DNA from: Rickettsiales bacterium
Lineage (GTDB): Bacteria > Pseudomonadota > Alphaproteobacteria > CAJXXZ01 > 1604HC
Reading direction: 5' to 3'
Assembly (NCBI GenBank): GCA_965233735.1
Contig: OZ247501.1
Coordinates: forward strand, 102,531-166,530
DNA: 64,000 nt
The translations under genes were made by a program, and so were the position numbers. Positions 1 to 10,120 of this stretch are shown here, one piece after another; position 1 is the stretch's first letter; each line of letters begins with the position of its first letter. The notes beneath the pieces are model-generated. The model saw only the letters and a list, made by a program, of their open reading frames with translations, had not been told where the DNA came from and ran no database searches.

Positions 1-142
1 TTCTTTTCCAATATCTCATTTCTATAATTAAAGCGTTAATCCACTCTTCTTCTAAAATGTTTTTTCTTACATGGCTATTCAAATCGCAATAAGAGCATTT
101 TTGACGACAAAATGGCCAATGTATATATAAAGAAAAGCTCAT
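1..142 (-). CDS. hemW: Radical SAM heme chaperone HemW/HemN-like, 5' part only (runs off window start)
   Basis: Hand translation from ATG at 142: MSFSLYIHWPFCRQKCSYCDLNSHV, the LYIHxPFC-CxxxCxxC signature. Not in the ORF track. Confidence 0.85.
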   Translation of the reverse strand, partial: MSFSLYIHWPFCRQKCSYCDLNSHVRKNILEEEWINALIIEMRYWKR

Positions 143-182
143 ATTGAATTGTAACAAGATTTATAATTGATAAATAGTTTTT

Positions 183-719
183 TTAATAAAGATTATAAGT
201 TGATACAGCATTTATCATTGATTTCATAAGCAATAATTGCATATTCTCATCTAAAACTTTGATGTCATTAAAAAATTTATTCTTGTTCTTTTCTACTTCA
301 CCTTCATTCTCTATTATTTCAATTGCATCTTCTATTATTTCAGTTACACCTTCTTTTAAGCTTTTTTGATTATTTTCAAGTTTGCACAATTCTTCTTCAA
401 TTGATTTTTAAATAGACTCTTCTGAAGCGTTTCCAATTGATGATTCTTCTGAAGGCTCACAAGATTCATGGCTTATATGTTTTATACCTAAAGCATTATT
501 TAATTTATTTTCCACAAAATAGTCTGATTCTTTTTTACTTACTTTGATGTCTGATTTACATAATAATAAGCTCAACCCATTTTTCATAAATAATTCTAAA
601 TTATCATCAATTTCAAATGCTCCATATTGTGCAGCGCGTATTGTTCGTGAAGATTAATACTTTGATTCACTAACAGAATTTAAAAACATAAATGTAAATA
701 ATAATGCATTTTTAAACAT
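183..719 (-). pseudogene. Disrupted paralog of the 763-1119 small secreted protein
   Basis: ATG at 719 with AGGAG upstream. One frame to 183 with two in-frame TAA (654-656, 408-410). N-terminus MFKNALLFTFMFLNSVSE..AAQYG aligns with MFKVLILLFAFANAVSE..SAQYG. Confidence 0.75.
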
Positions 720-762
720 TTCTTTCTCCTTGGGGAAAATTTAAAGAAGAGCCTTTATTTTG

Positions 763-1119
763 TTATTGAATGGCTAAGTGATTATCCATATAATAACTTA
801 AAATTCCACATAACAGCGGAAGTCTAAATTCTTCTTTTAATAGATTTACAGTATTTAAAAATTTCTCTGCTATCTTTTCATCTTTAATTATATTTTCATC
901 TTTAATTATATTGCATAAATCTTGATAATCTTGATCTGTTTTGAAATTTTCAGGATTGCATATCCCCTCAATTTTATTGTTTTTAAAATAATGAACAAGA
1001 ACATCACAATTATTTCCTATTATTCCATATTGTGCTGAAATAAACGCATCTGTAGATGCATTTTCAAATTCACTTACAGCATTTGCAAATGCAAATAATA
1101 AAATTAATACTTTAAACAT
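763..1119 (-). CDS. Small secreted hypothetical protein overlapping the upstream gene
   Basis: 118 aa, signal-peptide-like N-terminus, 8-bp overlap with the stop of 1112-2617, GGAG RBS. Confidence 0.7.
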   Translation of the reverse strand: MFKVLILLFAFANAVSEFENASTDAFISAQYGIIGNNCDVLVHYFKNNKIEGICNPENFKTDQDYQDLCNIIKDENIIKDEKIAEKFLNTVNLLKEEFRLPLLCGILSYYMDNHLAIQ

Positions 1120-2617
1120 TATTCTCTCCTTGGGATAATTTAAAGAAGATCCCTGCTTCTTTATTGATCATTTCTTCTAAATTGTCAACTTCTTGATTAT
1201 ATGATATTTTTAAAATTTCAATTGCTTCTGTTTCTTTATTTTTTTCCGCAATGATTTTTTGTTCATCTTTAATTATGCTGTTATATCCTCTTGCTTCAAT
1301 TAATGCATGATTTTCCCCAATTTTGCTAATATAAACTGCTCCCATAGCATATCCTTTGTATGTATCTTTAGGAGGAGATAATAAATCTGTATTTTCAACT
1401 TGATCATATATATTATGACCATTATTATTTGGATTAATTATTGAATAATACCAGTGATTTAATGTTATTGAATCTTCAATTGTCTTCCCATTATCATTTC
1501 TGTATTTTTGAACAGTTTCAGTTCCATATGATTCTTGAATATTATCTTCGAAATATTTTCTGAATTCTTCTTTTTCATTATCATTTAGTTGGTTGTACAT
1601 TTGGCTAAAAGGAACTCGAGACATTGCTTTTAAATAAGCTTTAAGTCCTACTTCTTCGTGGAATCTTAATGATTTCATTATGAATAAATCATATACATAG
1701 CTAGTAAACAATAATGAGAATCCTGATAATGATTTAGATTGCATTTCATTGCATTTGTCTACAAGTTTTTTATCTACATATGAATTGTGAGGTATGCGCT
1801 CTTTATTTATAAAATTGGTTGTTATTTTATCAATAGAACTCTTAAAATGATTTTGTTTTATTTCCTTTTTTTTAGTATTAAGAAATCTTGGCATAATATG
1901 TATTTCATGTAATTTTCCTCTAGATAAAACTTTCTCAAACACTTCTTTTGTTTTATTAATTGGGAAAGAATAAGATATTTGAGGTCGTAAATCTAAAATA
2001 GAAAATTTATCACCTCTTGTTTGTATTCTTGCTTCTTCCCTTTTTTGGTCTAAATGATCATCAGTGTATTTTTGTGCTTTTTTACTCATAAAAGTAATTG
2101 AATTATCTATTTTAATATATTTATCTCTATTTTTTTTTGAAAAATTATAATAATTAATTTTCATTCCAGATTTTAAATTAGGCCATAAATAGTTAATATG
2201 TAATAAATCCAAAGACCATTTTCCATTTTCATGAGAATCACAAATAACTTTTATTTGATTTAATATATGTTTACTTAATTTAATATATTCATTTATTTCC
2301 TTCTCATCTAATCCGCCAATAGTTCTGCATTCTAAGTTAACAAAGCCTTGTTCTCCATCTTCATCTTTTTCTTTATCTTTAGTATCAGTAATAAGTTGCC
2401 ATTTTCCATCTAAACTTTCTAAAATAACTAACGTTTCTCTTGAGTTTTCATACTTGACTTTAATGCTACTAGTTTCAACTTCAAACCCCATAGTCCATTT
2501 TTCTATTGTTGTATGCATATTAGAAGAAGTAGATGATTGATGAAAATTTGACAAATCATCATCACCAGAAATGATGCTTGTAATAGATAATAATAACAAA
2601 TTTCTTAAATATTTCAT
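1112..2617 (-). CDS. Secreted protein with ACD/glutamine-synthetase-like (COOH-NH2 ligase) motifs
   Basis: Signal peptide MKYLRNLLLLSITSIISG. Ordered motifs GFEVE, WQLITD, NLECRT, PQISY, LKAYLKAMSRVPFSQM, ALIEARG. ORF track starts at TTG 2626; ATG 2617 preferred. Confidence 0.6.
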   Translation of the reverse strand: MKYLRNLLLLSITSIISGDDDLSNFHQSSTSSNMHTTIEKWTMGFEVETSSIKVKYENSRETLVILESLDGKWQLITDTKDKEKDEDGEQGFVNLECRTIGGLDEKEINEYIKLSKHILNQIKVICDSHENGKWSLDLLHINYLWPNLKSGMKINYYNFSKKNRDKYIKIDNSITFMSKKAQKYTDDHLDQKREEARIQTRGDKFSILDLRPQISYSFPINKTKEVFEKVLSRGKLHEIHIMPRFLNTKKKEIKQNHFKSSIDKITTNFINKERIPHNSYVDKKLVDKCNEMQSKSLSGFSLLFTSYVYDLFIMKSLRFHEEVGLKAYLKAMSRVPFSQMYNQLNDNEKEEFRKYFEDNIQESYGTETVQKYRNDNGKTIEDSITLNHWYYSIINPNNNGHNIYDQVENTDLLSPPKDTYKGYAMGAVYISKIGENHALIEARGYNSIIKDEQKIIAEKNKETEAIEILKISYNQEVDNLEEMINKEAGIFFKLSQGENNV

Positions 2618-2625
2618 ATTAACCA

Positions 2626-2654
2626 ATTGTAAACTAAATGTTAAGAAAAGTCAA
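2626..2654 (-). promoter_or_regulatory. Sigma70-type promoter of the ACD-like gene
   Basis: TTGACT-N17-TACAAT on the minus strand, 8 nt before ATG 2617. Confidence 0.6.
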
Positions 2655-2670
2655 AAAGTGTTAAGTAAAA

Positions 2671-3273
2671 TCAAACAAACTTTGACTTGTATAGTCCAGA
2701 TCCAACTACAGCTCCATCAATATGTGCTGATATTGAGCTTATAATGTTTGAAGTCATGCCTCCATCCACTATTATTTTTTTGTTTGGAAATAATTTTCTT
2801 AATTTAATTAAATCTTCTAATTTGCTTTGAATGCATTTTTGACCACTTTTGCCTGGTTTTACAGTCATGAATAATATTTCATCAGCCATGTTACATGCAT
2901 TTTTATATTTATCTATTTGTTTTAAATCTTCAAGAGCTACACCAACTTTGATTGAGTTGTTTTTCAAAGTGTTAACTATTTTTTCTGGGCTTTTTGAAGA
3001 ATTTGGATGAAAAAATATTATATCAGGATGAAACTCAACTAAGTCATGAATAGCTGTGTCTATTCGCATCATTGCATGAATTTGAATTGGTTTATGAGTA
3101 TATTTGCGAACCATTTCAATCATATACATTGGAAATGAAGAATAATTATTTACATATTGTCCATCCATAATATCTATATGAAACCCTGATGCCATGTTGT
3201 CAAATCTAAATATTTCTGATCCAATATCCAGTGTGTTAAATGCAATAATAGAGGGGTATAAATCAATCTTCAT
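2671..3273 (-). CDS. rpe: Ribulose-phosphate 3-epimerase
   Basis: PSI, HIDIMDG, LFMTVKPGKSGQ, VDGG and VVGS motifs. Confidence 0.9.
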   Translation of the reverse strand: MKIDLYPSIIAFNTLDIGSEIFRFDNMASGFHIDIMDGQYVNNYSSFPMYMIEMVRKYTHKPIQIHAMMRIDTAIHDLVEFHPDIIFFHPNSSKSPEKIVNTLKNNSIKVGVALEDLKQIDKYKNACNMADEILFMTVKPGKSGQKCIQSKLEDLIKLRKLFPNKKIIVDGGMTSNIISSISAHIDGAVVGSGLYKSKFV

Positions 3274-4567
3274 ATAAATTCTTTATTGCAGATATTCCTA
3301 TATTAAAGTGATGCCTTACTTTTGTTTGATAGAAATTTTTAGCCATAGCTCTAAGCTTTATCTTTCCATGTATAGGCATGTCAGAAATGCATAAAAATGC
3401 ACTACAAGGAACAGAAAATCTGAAAGCGTTAGTTGACATAGTTGCAGACTCCATATCTACAGCAATAGCCTGAGATTCTACAAATTCTTGAACCATATCA
3501 CAATCTAATTCCCAATTTCTATCTGCAGTTGTAGCAATTGTTCCTTTGTGTACTTTTTCTCCATTTAATTTGTATTTTATAACATTTTGTTCTAAATTTT
3601 CAGTGATCTTAGCAGAGCTAGGAATAGGTATTTTATTTGATACATGCTGATCTAATATGTGGTCATACCTTGCATAATTTTGAGCCAAAACATAATCTCC
3701 TAATTTTTGGTCAGTTTTTAGGCCAGCACAATGTCCTAGCATAAGCCATGAATTAGGAGATAGAACAGCCAAGCTATCTGTAATGTTTTTAGTGTTAGTT
3801 GGTCCTACACCAAAATTAATAATAGTAATTCCATTTCCATTTTTCTTTTTCAAATGATATGTAGGCATTTGTGGCATAGAGCAATTATCAATAACATTCA
3901 CGCTGCATTTTGAGTACTCTAAATCTGGACCAACAATGCTTTCATAATCTCCATTGTCAACCCATTTTTTTCCATCTTCAACAAAAAAATCTATATACAT
4001 TTTGTAATTTGTGAAAATAATGTTTTTTTGAAAATCTTTTGCATGAGATCCACAGTAATGATAAATTCGATTTAAAGAATAATCTATGTGTTCAGCATGA
4101 AAAAAACCAATTGGCTTGATTTTGCTTTGAGATATTTCTTTCATTCCTTTTCGTATTCTGCTTATGCATGGCATGTTAATGTTTAATTTTTTATCTACAC
4201 TTAAATTATTGAATGAATCTTCACACACAAAAGCTAAAGACATTGGATAGAAAGAATATCCAACCCAAATTTCATATTCACCTTTTTCTTTAACAATATT
4301 TTGCAATTTTTCTAAATAACTATTTCCCAATATTAATGCTTGAGTTATTGTGTTTCCATAAAATTCCTCTTGATTGTTAGAAGTTTTTTTATAAATTCCT
4401 ATATAAGGATAATTAATTTCTTTTTGATGATTTTTATTGTCAACCATTTCAACTAATGATCTTGTTTGATTTGAATATAAATCTTGACAATGTTTAAATG
4501 CTTCTTTTACATCATGAAATTTTTTCGCATCGTTGATAACATTTTTAAAAATCAAAGGCAAGTGCAT
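3263..4567 (-). CDS. amn: AMP nucleosidase
   Basis: DYSLNRIYHYCG, FTNY, PQMPTYHL, INFGVGPTN, GHCAGL, DRNWEL, DMESAT, SDMPIHG. Confidence 0.9.
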   Translation of the reverse strand: MHLPLIFKNVINDAKKFHDVKEAFKHCQDLYSNQTRSLVEMVDNKNHQKEINYPYIGIYKKTSNNQEEFYGNTITQALILGNSYLEKLQNIVKEKGEYEIWVGYSFYPMSLAFVCEDSFNNLSVDKKLNINMPCISRIRKGMKEISQSKIKPIGFFHAEHIDYSLNRIYHYCGSHAKDFQKNIIFTNYKMYIDFFVEDGKKWVDNGDYESIVGPDLEYSKCSVNVIDNCSMPQMPTYHLKKKNGNGITIINFGVGPTNTKNITDSLAVLSPNSWLMLGHCAGLKTDQKLGDYVLAQNYARYDHILDQHVSNKIPIPSSAKITENLEQNVIKYKLNGEKVHKGTIATTADRNWELDCDMVQEFVESQAIAVDMESATMSTNAFRFSVPCSAFLCISDMPIHGKIKLRAMAKNFYQTKVRHHFNIGISAIKNLYED

Positions 4568-4713
4568 AAGCAAATAATATATGTCTTTTTATATTTTTTC
4601 AATTGTTTTGGATGAATACTGCGCTTTTTCAAGAGAAATGCAAGGTGGATTTTAGATTGTATGAAAAAAAATAATGGTTTGGATTTTAGAATACTATATG
4701 ATAAATTTTTTCT

Positions 4714-6216
4714 ATGTTATCTCGTACTTGGCCAATGAAAAATGCAGAAAAAATTATCAATACAAATTCTGGTGATATTATTTTAAAAACTGGATATGGC
4801 CCTTCAGGATTGCCTCATTTGGGAACAATTGCTGAAATTATAAGAACTAGAATGGTTCAACAATCCCTAGAAATAAAAGAGAAAAGCGGGAAGATTATAG
4901 TTTTTGTTGATAATATGGATGGGTTCAGAAAAGTTCCTTCTAATTTGCCAAAACAAGAATATTTAGCTCAATTTTTAGGAATGCCTTTATTTAAAGTGCC
5001 AGATGTTTTTGGATGTTGTGATAGCTTTGCTGATCATAATATTAATGAGCTTAACAAATTAATTGAAGCCTTTGACATGACGAAACACGTTGAAGTTGTT
5101 AGATCAAGTGATATGTATTTATCAGGAAAATTTAATGAAGCATTATTAAATGTGTTAAAAAATTATGAAAAAATATTATCAGTTATGCTGCCAACATTAG
5201 GGGAAGAAAGAAAAAAAACTTATAGTCCGTTTTTGCCTATTTCTAAAAAAAGCGGAAAAGTTCTAGAAGTGAAAATAGAAGAGTACAAAATAGATGAAGG
5301 TAAAATAACGTTTTATGATGAAGGAGAATTGACTGAAATTGATGTTACTGATGGAGGTTGTAAGTTACAATGGAAAATTGATTGGGGAATGCAGTGGCAT
5401 GCCTTGGGAGTGGATTTTGAAATGTATGGAAAAGATCTTATAGATTCATTTTCTGCATCAAAGCCTGTTTGCAAAATATTAGGATCTAAAGCTCCTGTAA
5501 ATATGGTATATGAATTGTTTTTGGATGCTGATAATAAAAAAATATCAAAATCTAAAGGAAATGGGGTTAGTTTAGAGGATTGGATGAAGTTTGCTCCATT
5601 GGCTAGCATGAAACATTTCTTGTTTGGTCATCCAGAGCGTGCAAAAAGATTAGATATTAGAGATTTGCATAGATATGTGGATGCTTATTTAGGTGATTTA
5701 AGCAAGTATAATCAAGAAGAAAGTGATGAAAAGAGAATGGAAAGCCCTATTTTTTATGTTCATGAAAAAGCTCCTCCTTCTACCTCTTTATCTTATGCTT
5801 TGTTATTGAATTTGCAAAAAGGACTAAGAAGCCCTGATTGTGATACATTTAGAAATTTTGTAATAAAACAACATGGAAAGCTAAATGAAACAGAGGAAAT
5901 ATTAATTGATTGTGTTTATAAATTTTGTGAGTATCACCAAACAAGCTCTATGGAGATGCCAAAATGGATGAAAAAATATATGGACTCTTTTCTTGATAAT
6001 ATGCCAAAAATGAACAATGGATTAGATATGCAAACTTATTTGTATAGCTTAGGAAATGAAGCTGTTGCTAATGAAGATGTAGATGATTTGAAAAATTGGT
6101 TCAAAACAATATATCAAGTTTTGTTTGGAGAAGATTCTGGTCCAAGATTAGGTCCATTTTTTGAACTTTATGGAAAAGAAGAAAGTATAAAATTTGTTCA
6201 AAGTAAAATAGTGTGA
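4714..6216 (+). CDS. lysS: Lysine-tRNA ligase, class I
   Basis: TGYGPSGLPHLGT, KLQWKIDW, GKDL, KISKSKGN, GPRLG. Confidence 0.95.
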   Translation: MLSRTWPMKNAEKIINTNSGDIILKTGYGPSGLPHLGTIAEIIRTRMVQQSLEIKEKSGKIIVFVDNMDGFRKVPSNLPKQEYLAQFLGMPLFKVPDVFGCCDSFADHNINELNKLIEAFDMTKHVEVVRSSDMYLSGKFNEALLNVLKNYEKILSVMLPTLGEERKKTYSPFLPISKKSGKVLEVKIEEYKIDEGKITFYDEGELTEIDVTDGGCKLQWKIDWGMQWHALGVDFEMYGKDLIDSFSASKPVCKILGSKAPVNMVYELFLDADNKKISKSKGNGVSLEDWMKFAPLASMKHFLFGHPERAKRLDIRDLHRYVDAYLGDLSKYNQEESDEKRMESPIFYVHEKAPPSTSLSYALLLNLQKGLRSPDCDTFRNFVIKQHGKLNETEEILIDCVYKFCEYHQTSSMEMPKWMKKYMDSFLDNMPKMNNGLDMQTYLYSLGNEAVANEDVDDLKNWFKTIYQVLFGEDSGPRLGPFFELYGKEESIKFVQSKIV

Positions 6217-6323
6217 TGTTATAAAAACAATGATAACTTTAAAATAGTTAGTATTACTTTATTTGTTTTATAAAAGAGACAAAGAAGTTGTTTTTTTTGT
6301 AGATTTAGTGATATTCTAGTAAT

Positions 6324-6853
6324 ATGAAGAATATAAGAGTATTGTTAAGTGTTTGTTTTGTGTCAACATGCTTTGCAAGTGGTAATGAAGAAGTGACGCC
6401 ATTAAATCAAGCAACAAATTCTTCTCAAATAGCTACTACTTTTGAAGAAGATTCTCAAAGTCAGAGTGATTTGTCTGAAAGCGAAAAATTGCCTGATGAT
6501 GTAAAAAAAATGATTGAAATTGATGAATTTATTGAAAATGGAATTGAAAGTGGAGAATTATTTAAAAATTTTAGAGAATCATTTGAAAGAGTGTTCGGTG
6601 GTGAATTTTCTTTTTATTTAGATCGCTTAGGAATTAAAGAAAAAGATTTTTGGGGCGTTTTGCAAGGTGTAACTACTTCTTTTAAAAATGATACAGAAAG
6701 AGAATATTTTAGCATTGTTGAACATTTTGTAGAAAATCAATAACATAATCTGAGTGATAAATATTATAAATATCTAGGTATGATTTCTGAAATTGACGAT
6801 CAAATCAAAGCTGTTCAAGAAGCTAGATTAAAACATGTAAGTGAAGAGTATTA
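6324..6853 (+). pseudogene. Truncated, decaying tandem paralog of the 7104-8525 kinase-like protein
   Basis: Near-identical signal peptide and upstream DNA. Homology continues in frame past TAA 6741-6743 (GMISEIDDQIKAVQEARLKHVSEEY* vs GKITEIDAKIKSVPEDRLKQLSEDYL) and then decays. Confidence 0.7.
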
Positions 6854-7103
6854 AAAGATTTTTTTGTAATTGTTTTTAGAATCATTACTAATTCTAAAAA
6901 TTATTGAGATAAAATATGTGCAAAAAGGATTGAGAAGCTCTGATTATGATACATTTAGAAATATTGTTATTCTGTTTGTATAATATATAATCAAATTGTG
7001 AAATGTAAAATATTGTTTATATTTGCTTGCTTTGTTAATCAATTAACTGCTTTGACAAAAATATTCAAATTGTTTTTTATAAATTTAATGATATATTAAT
7101 AGT

Positions 7104-8525
7104 ATGAAGAATATTAATGTATTGTTAAGTGCTTGTTTTATGTCAATGTGCTTTGCAAGTGGTAGTGAAGAAACAACACCATTTCATCAAATTTCTAGAG
7201 GATTTTGCAGCCCATCTCAAGTTCCACCTCCTTTTTTGCAACCTACTCCTGGAGAAAAAGTATCTCAAAACCAGAGTGATTTGTTTGAAAACAAACAGTT
7301 GTTTGAAAAAGCTTTACCTAATGAATTTGAAAATCTTTTGAACCAATTAGGCAACTCTACAGAAGAGAAAGCAAAAAAGTGGAGTATTTTGCAAAATAAA
7401 GATGTTTCTTTTGAAAATTCTGAAAAAAGAAATTATTTTAGAATGGTGAAGCATTTTTTTCTTTCTAAAAGTAAAGATCTGACTTTTTTTAAAGATAATG
7501 ATTTTTATATATTACAAGGAAAAATCACTGAAATTGATGCTAAAATTAAATCTGTTCCAGAAGATAGGTTAAAACAATTAAGCGAAGATTACTTAAAAGG
7601 GCTTTTTGGTGATAATTCCAAAATAATTCCTGGAAGTAAAAAAGATGGAAGTCAAATAGGTATTAAAATGACAGTTGCTTATGATTATTATATTAAAACT
7701 CACTCTGAAGGCACTCAAGTCTCAAATTCACAGAACGGCAGCGTTGCAGCAGCAAAACAGGTTAAAGCAGTAGAGTTGTTAAATTATAAAATATTAGAGA
7801 ATCTTAAGATTGGTCCTGAAAGTCACTTTTTTGGAAGAGATGATTATGATTTTTATATTATGACATTAGATGCATCTATTGATCCTGAAAGCAAGAAATG
7901 GTTAGGAAAATTCACAGAATTTGATAAAATCAAACATGATGAAAATATATTAGGGTGCATAGCAAATTATAATAATAGTGAAAAACTTTCTCAAGAAATG
8001 ATTGAAGAAATAGAAAAAGATGAAAAATCACTTAAATTCATAAAAGAAGTAAGTAAAATTAATATTATTATGAGAATTTTGGGACTAACTGACTTACATA
8101 ATAATTCATCAAATTTTGGATTTATAATAAATAAAAATGAGTTAATGGATTTGAAAATCATAGATTCAAGAATTAGCAACTTGGATTTGCTAGAAGGAAT
8201 AAAATCTTTTGAAACTGGAAATGGAGTGTATCAAAGTGGAACATCTACGAATTCTGTTGATTATGCTTTTAAAACTAGAAATTTAGAATTACGTTTGGAA
8301 GAAGCAAACAATATTATAAATAGTATTTTGATAAATTTTGAATCTTTATTAAATAACTCCAAATCAGAAGTTATTAATGTGATGAAAAAAAACATCAAAG
8401 ACACTGAATCTATAAAGTGTTTTGAAATTCAGTTATCAGATAGATGTGAAGGTATATTAAATAATTATCAAGTTTTTAAAGAAAAAATTCCTCAAAAATT
8501 AAATTCCATAAAAACTACTACGTAA
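7104..8525 (+). CDS. Secreted atypical protein/lipid kinase-like protein (HipA/PI3K-PI4K-like fold)
   Basis: Signal peptide; YYIK (Lys), ELLNY (Glu), DLHNNSSN (catalytic loop), LKIID. Paralog of 21117-22751. Confidence 0.6.
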   Translation: MKNINVLLSACFMSMCFASGSEETTPFHQISRGFCSPSQVPPPFLQPTPGEKVSQNQSDLFENKQLFEKALPNEFENLLNQLGNSTEEKAKKWSILQNKDVSFENSEKRNYFRMVKHFFLSKSKDLTFFKDNDFYILQGKITEIDAKIKSVPEDRLKQLSEDYLKGLFGDNSKIIPGSKKDGSQIGIKMTVAYDYYIKTHSEGTQVSNSQNGSVAAAKQVKAVELLNYKILENLKIGPESHFFGRDDYDFYIMTLDASIDPESKKWLGKFTEFDKIKHDENILGCIANYNNSEKLSQEMIEEIEKDEKSLKFIKEVSKINIIMRILGLTDLHNNSSNFGFIINKNELMDLKIIDSRISNLDLLEGIKSFETGNGVYQSGTSTNSVDYAFKTRNLELRLEEANNIINSILINFESLLNNSKSEVINVMKKNIKDTESIKCFEIQLSDRCEGILNNYQVFKEKIPQKLNSIKTTT

Positions 8526-8602
8526 AAAATTTGAAAATGATGGTTTGCAGTGAAGTTGTTATGAAAACTATTTTCTTTCTTTGCTAAATGTTACCATATG
8601 TT

Positions 8603-9469
8603 ATGAACAAAAAACTTGCTCAAATTGCTATTATAGGATCACCTAATGTTGGAAAATCTAGCATTTTAAATTATTGGATAGGAAGTAAAGTCAGCATTGT
8701 ATCTTCAAAACCACATACTACTCGTAATGCTGTTTTAGGATCTTTGACAAAAAATGATACACAAATTGTTTTTGTAGACACTCCTGGATTTGCTAGACCA
8801 GGAGGGCTTTGGGGTCAGCATTTAGCAGATTCTTTGAATGATGCATTTCAAGATGTTGAAACTATTTTATTAGTAATTGATGCAAAAAAACCATTAAAAT
8901 TAGGAACAGAAGAACTATTAGATTTATCAATTAAATCTGGTAAAAAATTATTTATAACTGTTCACAAATCCGATTCAGTTAAAAAAGAAGATTTAATCAA
9001 AATAGCTCAATGGATTCAAGATAAAAACTATAAAGATGCTATTTTTCTTACATCCACTAATGATTGCACAGGTGTGGATGATTTATTAAATGCAATTACC
9101 AAAGAAGCTAAAGATGGAGATTGGATTTTTGAATCAGATAAAAATACAAACTTAACAAAAGAATGGATGGGAGCTGAATATGTTAGAGAAAAAGCATTTT
9201 ATATTTTACATCAAGAGATTCCTTTTGGTTTAGGTGTTGTTCCTCGTCAATGGAATTTTAAAAACAAAGCTTGGGAATTACATGTTGATTTGATTGTTAA
9301 AAGTTTGGGTCATAAAAAAATTGTTATTGGTAAAAATGCTTCTATGTTGAAAGAAATTGGATCTTCAGCCAGAGCAGAATTAGTTACTAAATGGGGAAGA
9401 GGAAGCTTATTTGTTACTGTAAAAGTGGATCCAAAATTCAAAGAAAATGTTGTAAAGCTTTATAAGTAA
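8603..9469 (+). CDS. era: GTPase Era
   Basis: GSPNVGKS, TTR, DTPG, HQEIP, KH-domain VIGKNASMLKEIG. ORF track starts at 8588. Confidence 0.95.
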   Translation: MNKKLAQIAIIGSPNVGKSSILNYWIGSKVSIVSSKPHTTRNAVLGSLTKNDTQIVFVDTPGFARPGGLWGQHLADSLNDAFQDVETILLVIDAKKPLKLGTEELLDLSIKSGKKLFITVHKSDSVKKEDLIKIAQWIQDKNYKDAIFLTSTNDCTGVDDLLNAITKEAKDGDWIFESDKNTNLTKEWMGAEYVREKAFYILHQEIPFGLGVVPRQWNFKNKAWELHVDLIVKSLGHKKIVIGKNASMLKEIGSSARAELVTKWGRGSLFVTVKVDPKFKENVVKLYK

Positions 9470-9498
9470 AAGCTCTAAAAAACAAAATTATTAAAATT

Positions 9499-10062
9499 TC
9501 ACAGAGAATTAATTTCTTCCCATTGTGGGCAAGAAGTGAAGTGGTCATTAACCATTCCAACAGCTTGCATATATGCATACATTATTTTTGATCCAACAAA
9601 AGACATTCCTCGTTTTTTTAGATCTTTTGATAGCAAATCACTTTCTAATGTTGTATCAGGGACACTTTCAAAATCAGGCCATGAATTATTTTTTTGCTTA
9701 AAATTAACAAAGCTCCAAATGTACTTATCAAAGCTTGTAAATTCTTTTTGTATTTTAATAAATATCTGTGCATTTACTCGTGTATATTTTATTTTTAATT
9801 TATTTCTAATTATTCCAGTATTTTGCAATTGCAATTCTAAATCTTCATCTGTCATATTAGCAACTAAATTTGGATTGAAATTATGAAAAGCTTTTCTATA
9901 ATTTTCTCTCTTGTTCAATATGATTTCCCAGCTTAATCCTGCATGCGCTCCCTCTAAAATTAGAAGTTCAAATAACTTTGTATCATCGTGAATAGGGCGC
10001 CCCCATTCTAAATCATGATAATTAGAATAAATTAAGCTTTTTGATCCAAAACATCGTTCCAT
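9499..10062 (-). CDS. tag: DNA-3-methyladenine glycosylase I
   Basis: YHDLEWG, LEGAHAGLSW, IIRNKLKI, GMVNDH..C. Confidence 0.92.
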   Translation of the reverse strand: MERCFGSKSLIYSNYHDLEWGRPIHDDTKLFELLILEGAHAGLSWEIILNKRENYRKAFHNFNPNLVANMTDEDLELQLQNTGIIRNKLKIKYTRVNAQIFIKIQKEFTSFDKYIWSFVNFKQKNNSWPDFESVPDTTLESDLLSKDLKKRGMSFVGSKIMYAYMQAVGMVNDHFTSCPQWEEINSL

Positions 10063-10120
10063 GACTTAGTATAAGTAAAAACATTTAAAATTCAAACTAT
10101 GAAAAAAATTAAAAAGAAAT

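Noticed and set aside
183-6853. TAA reassignment or read-through suggested by in-frame TAA codons in two pseudogenes
   Set aside because: Many conserved genes end at TAA at the expected position and none contains an internal TAA. AT-biased nonsense mutation explains it.
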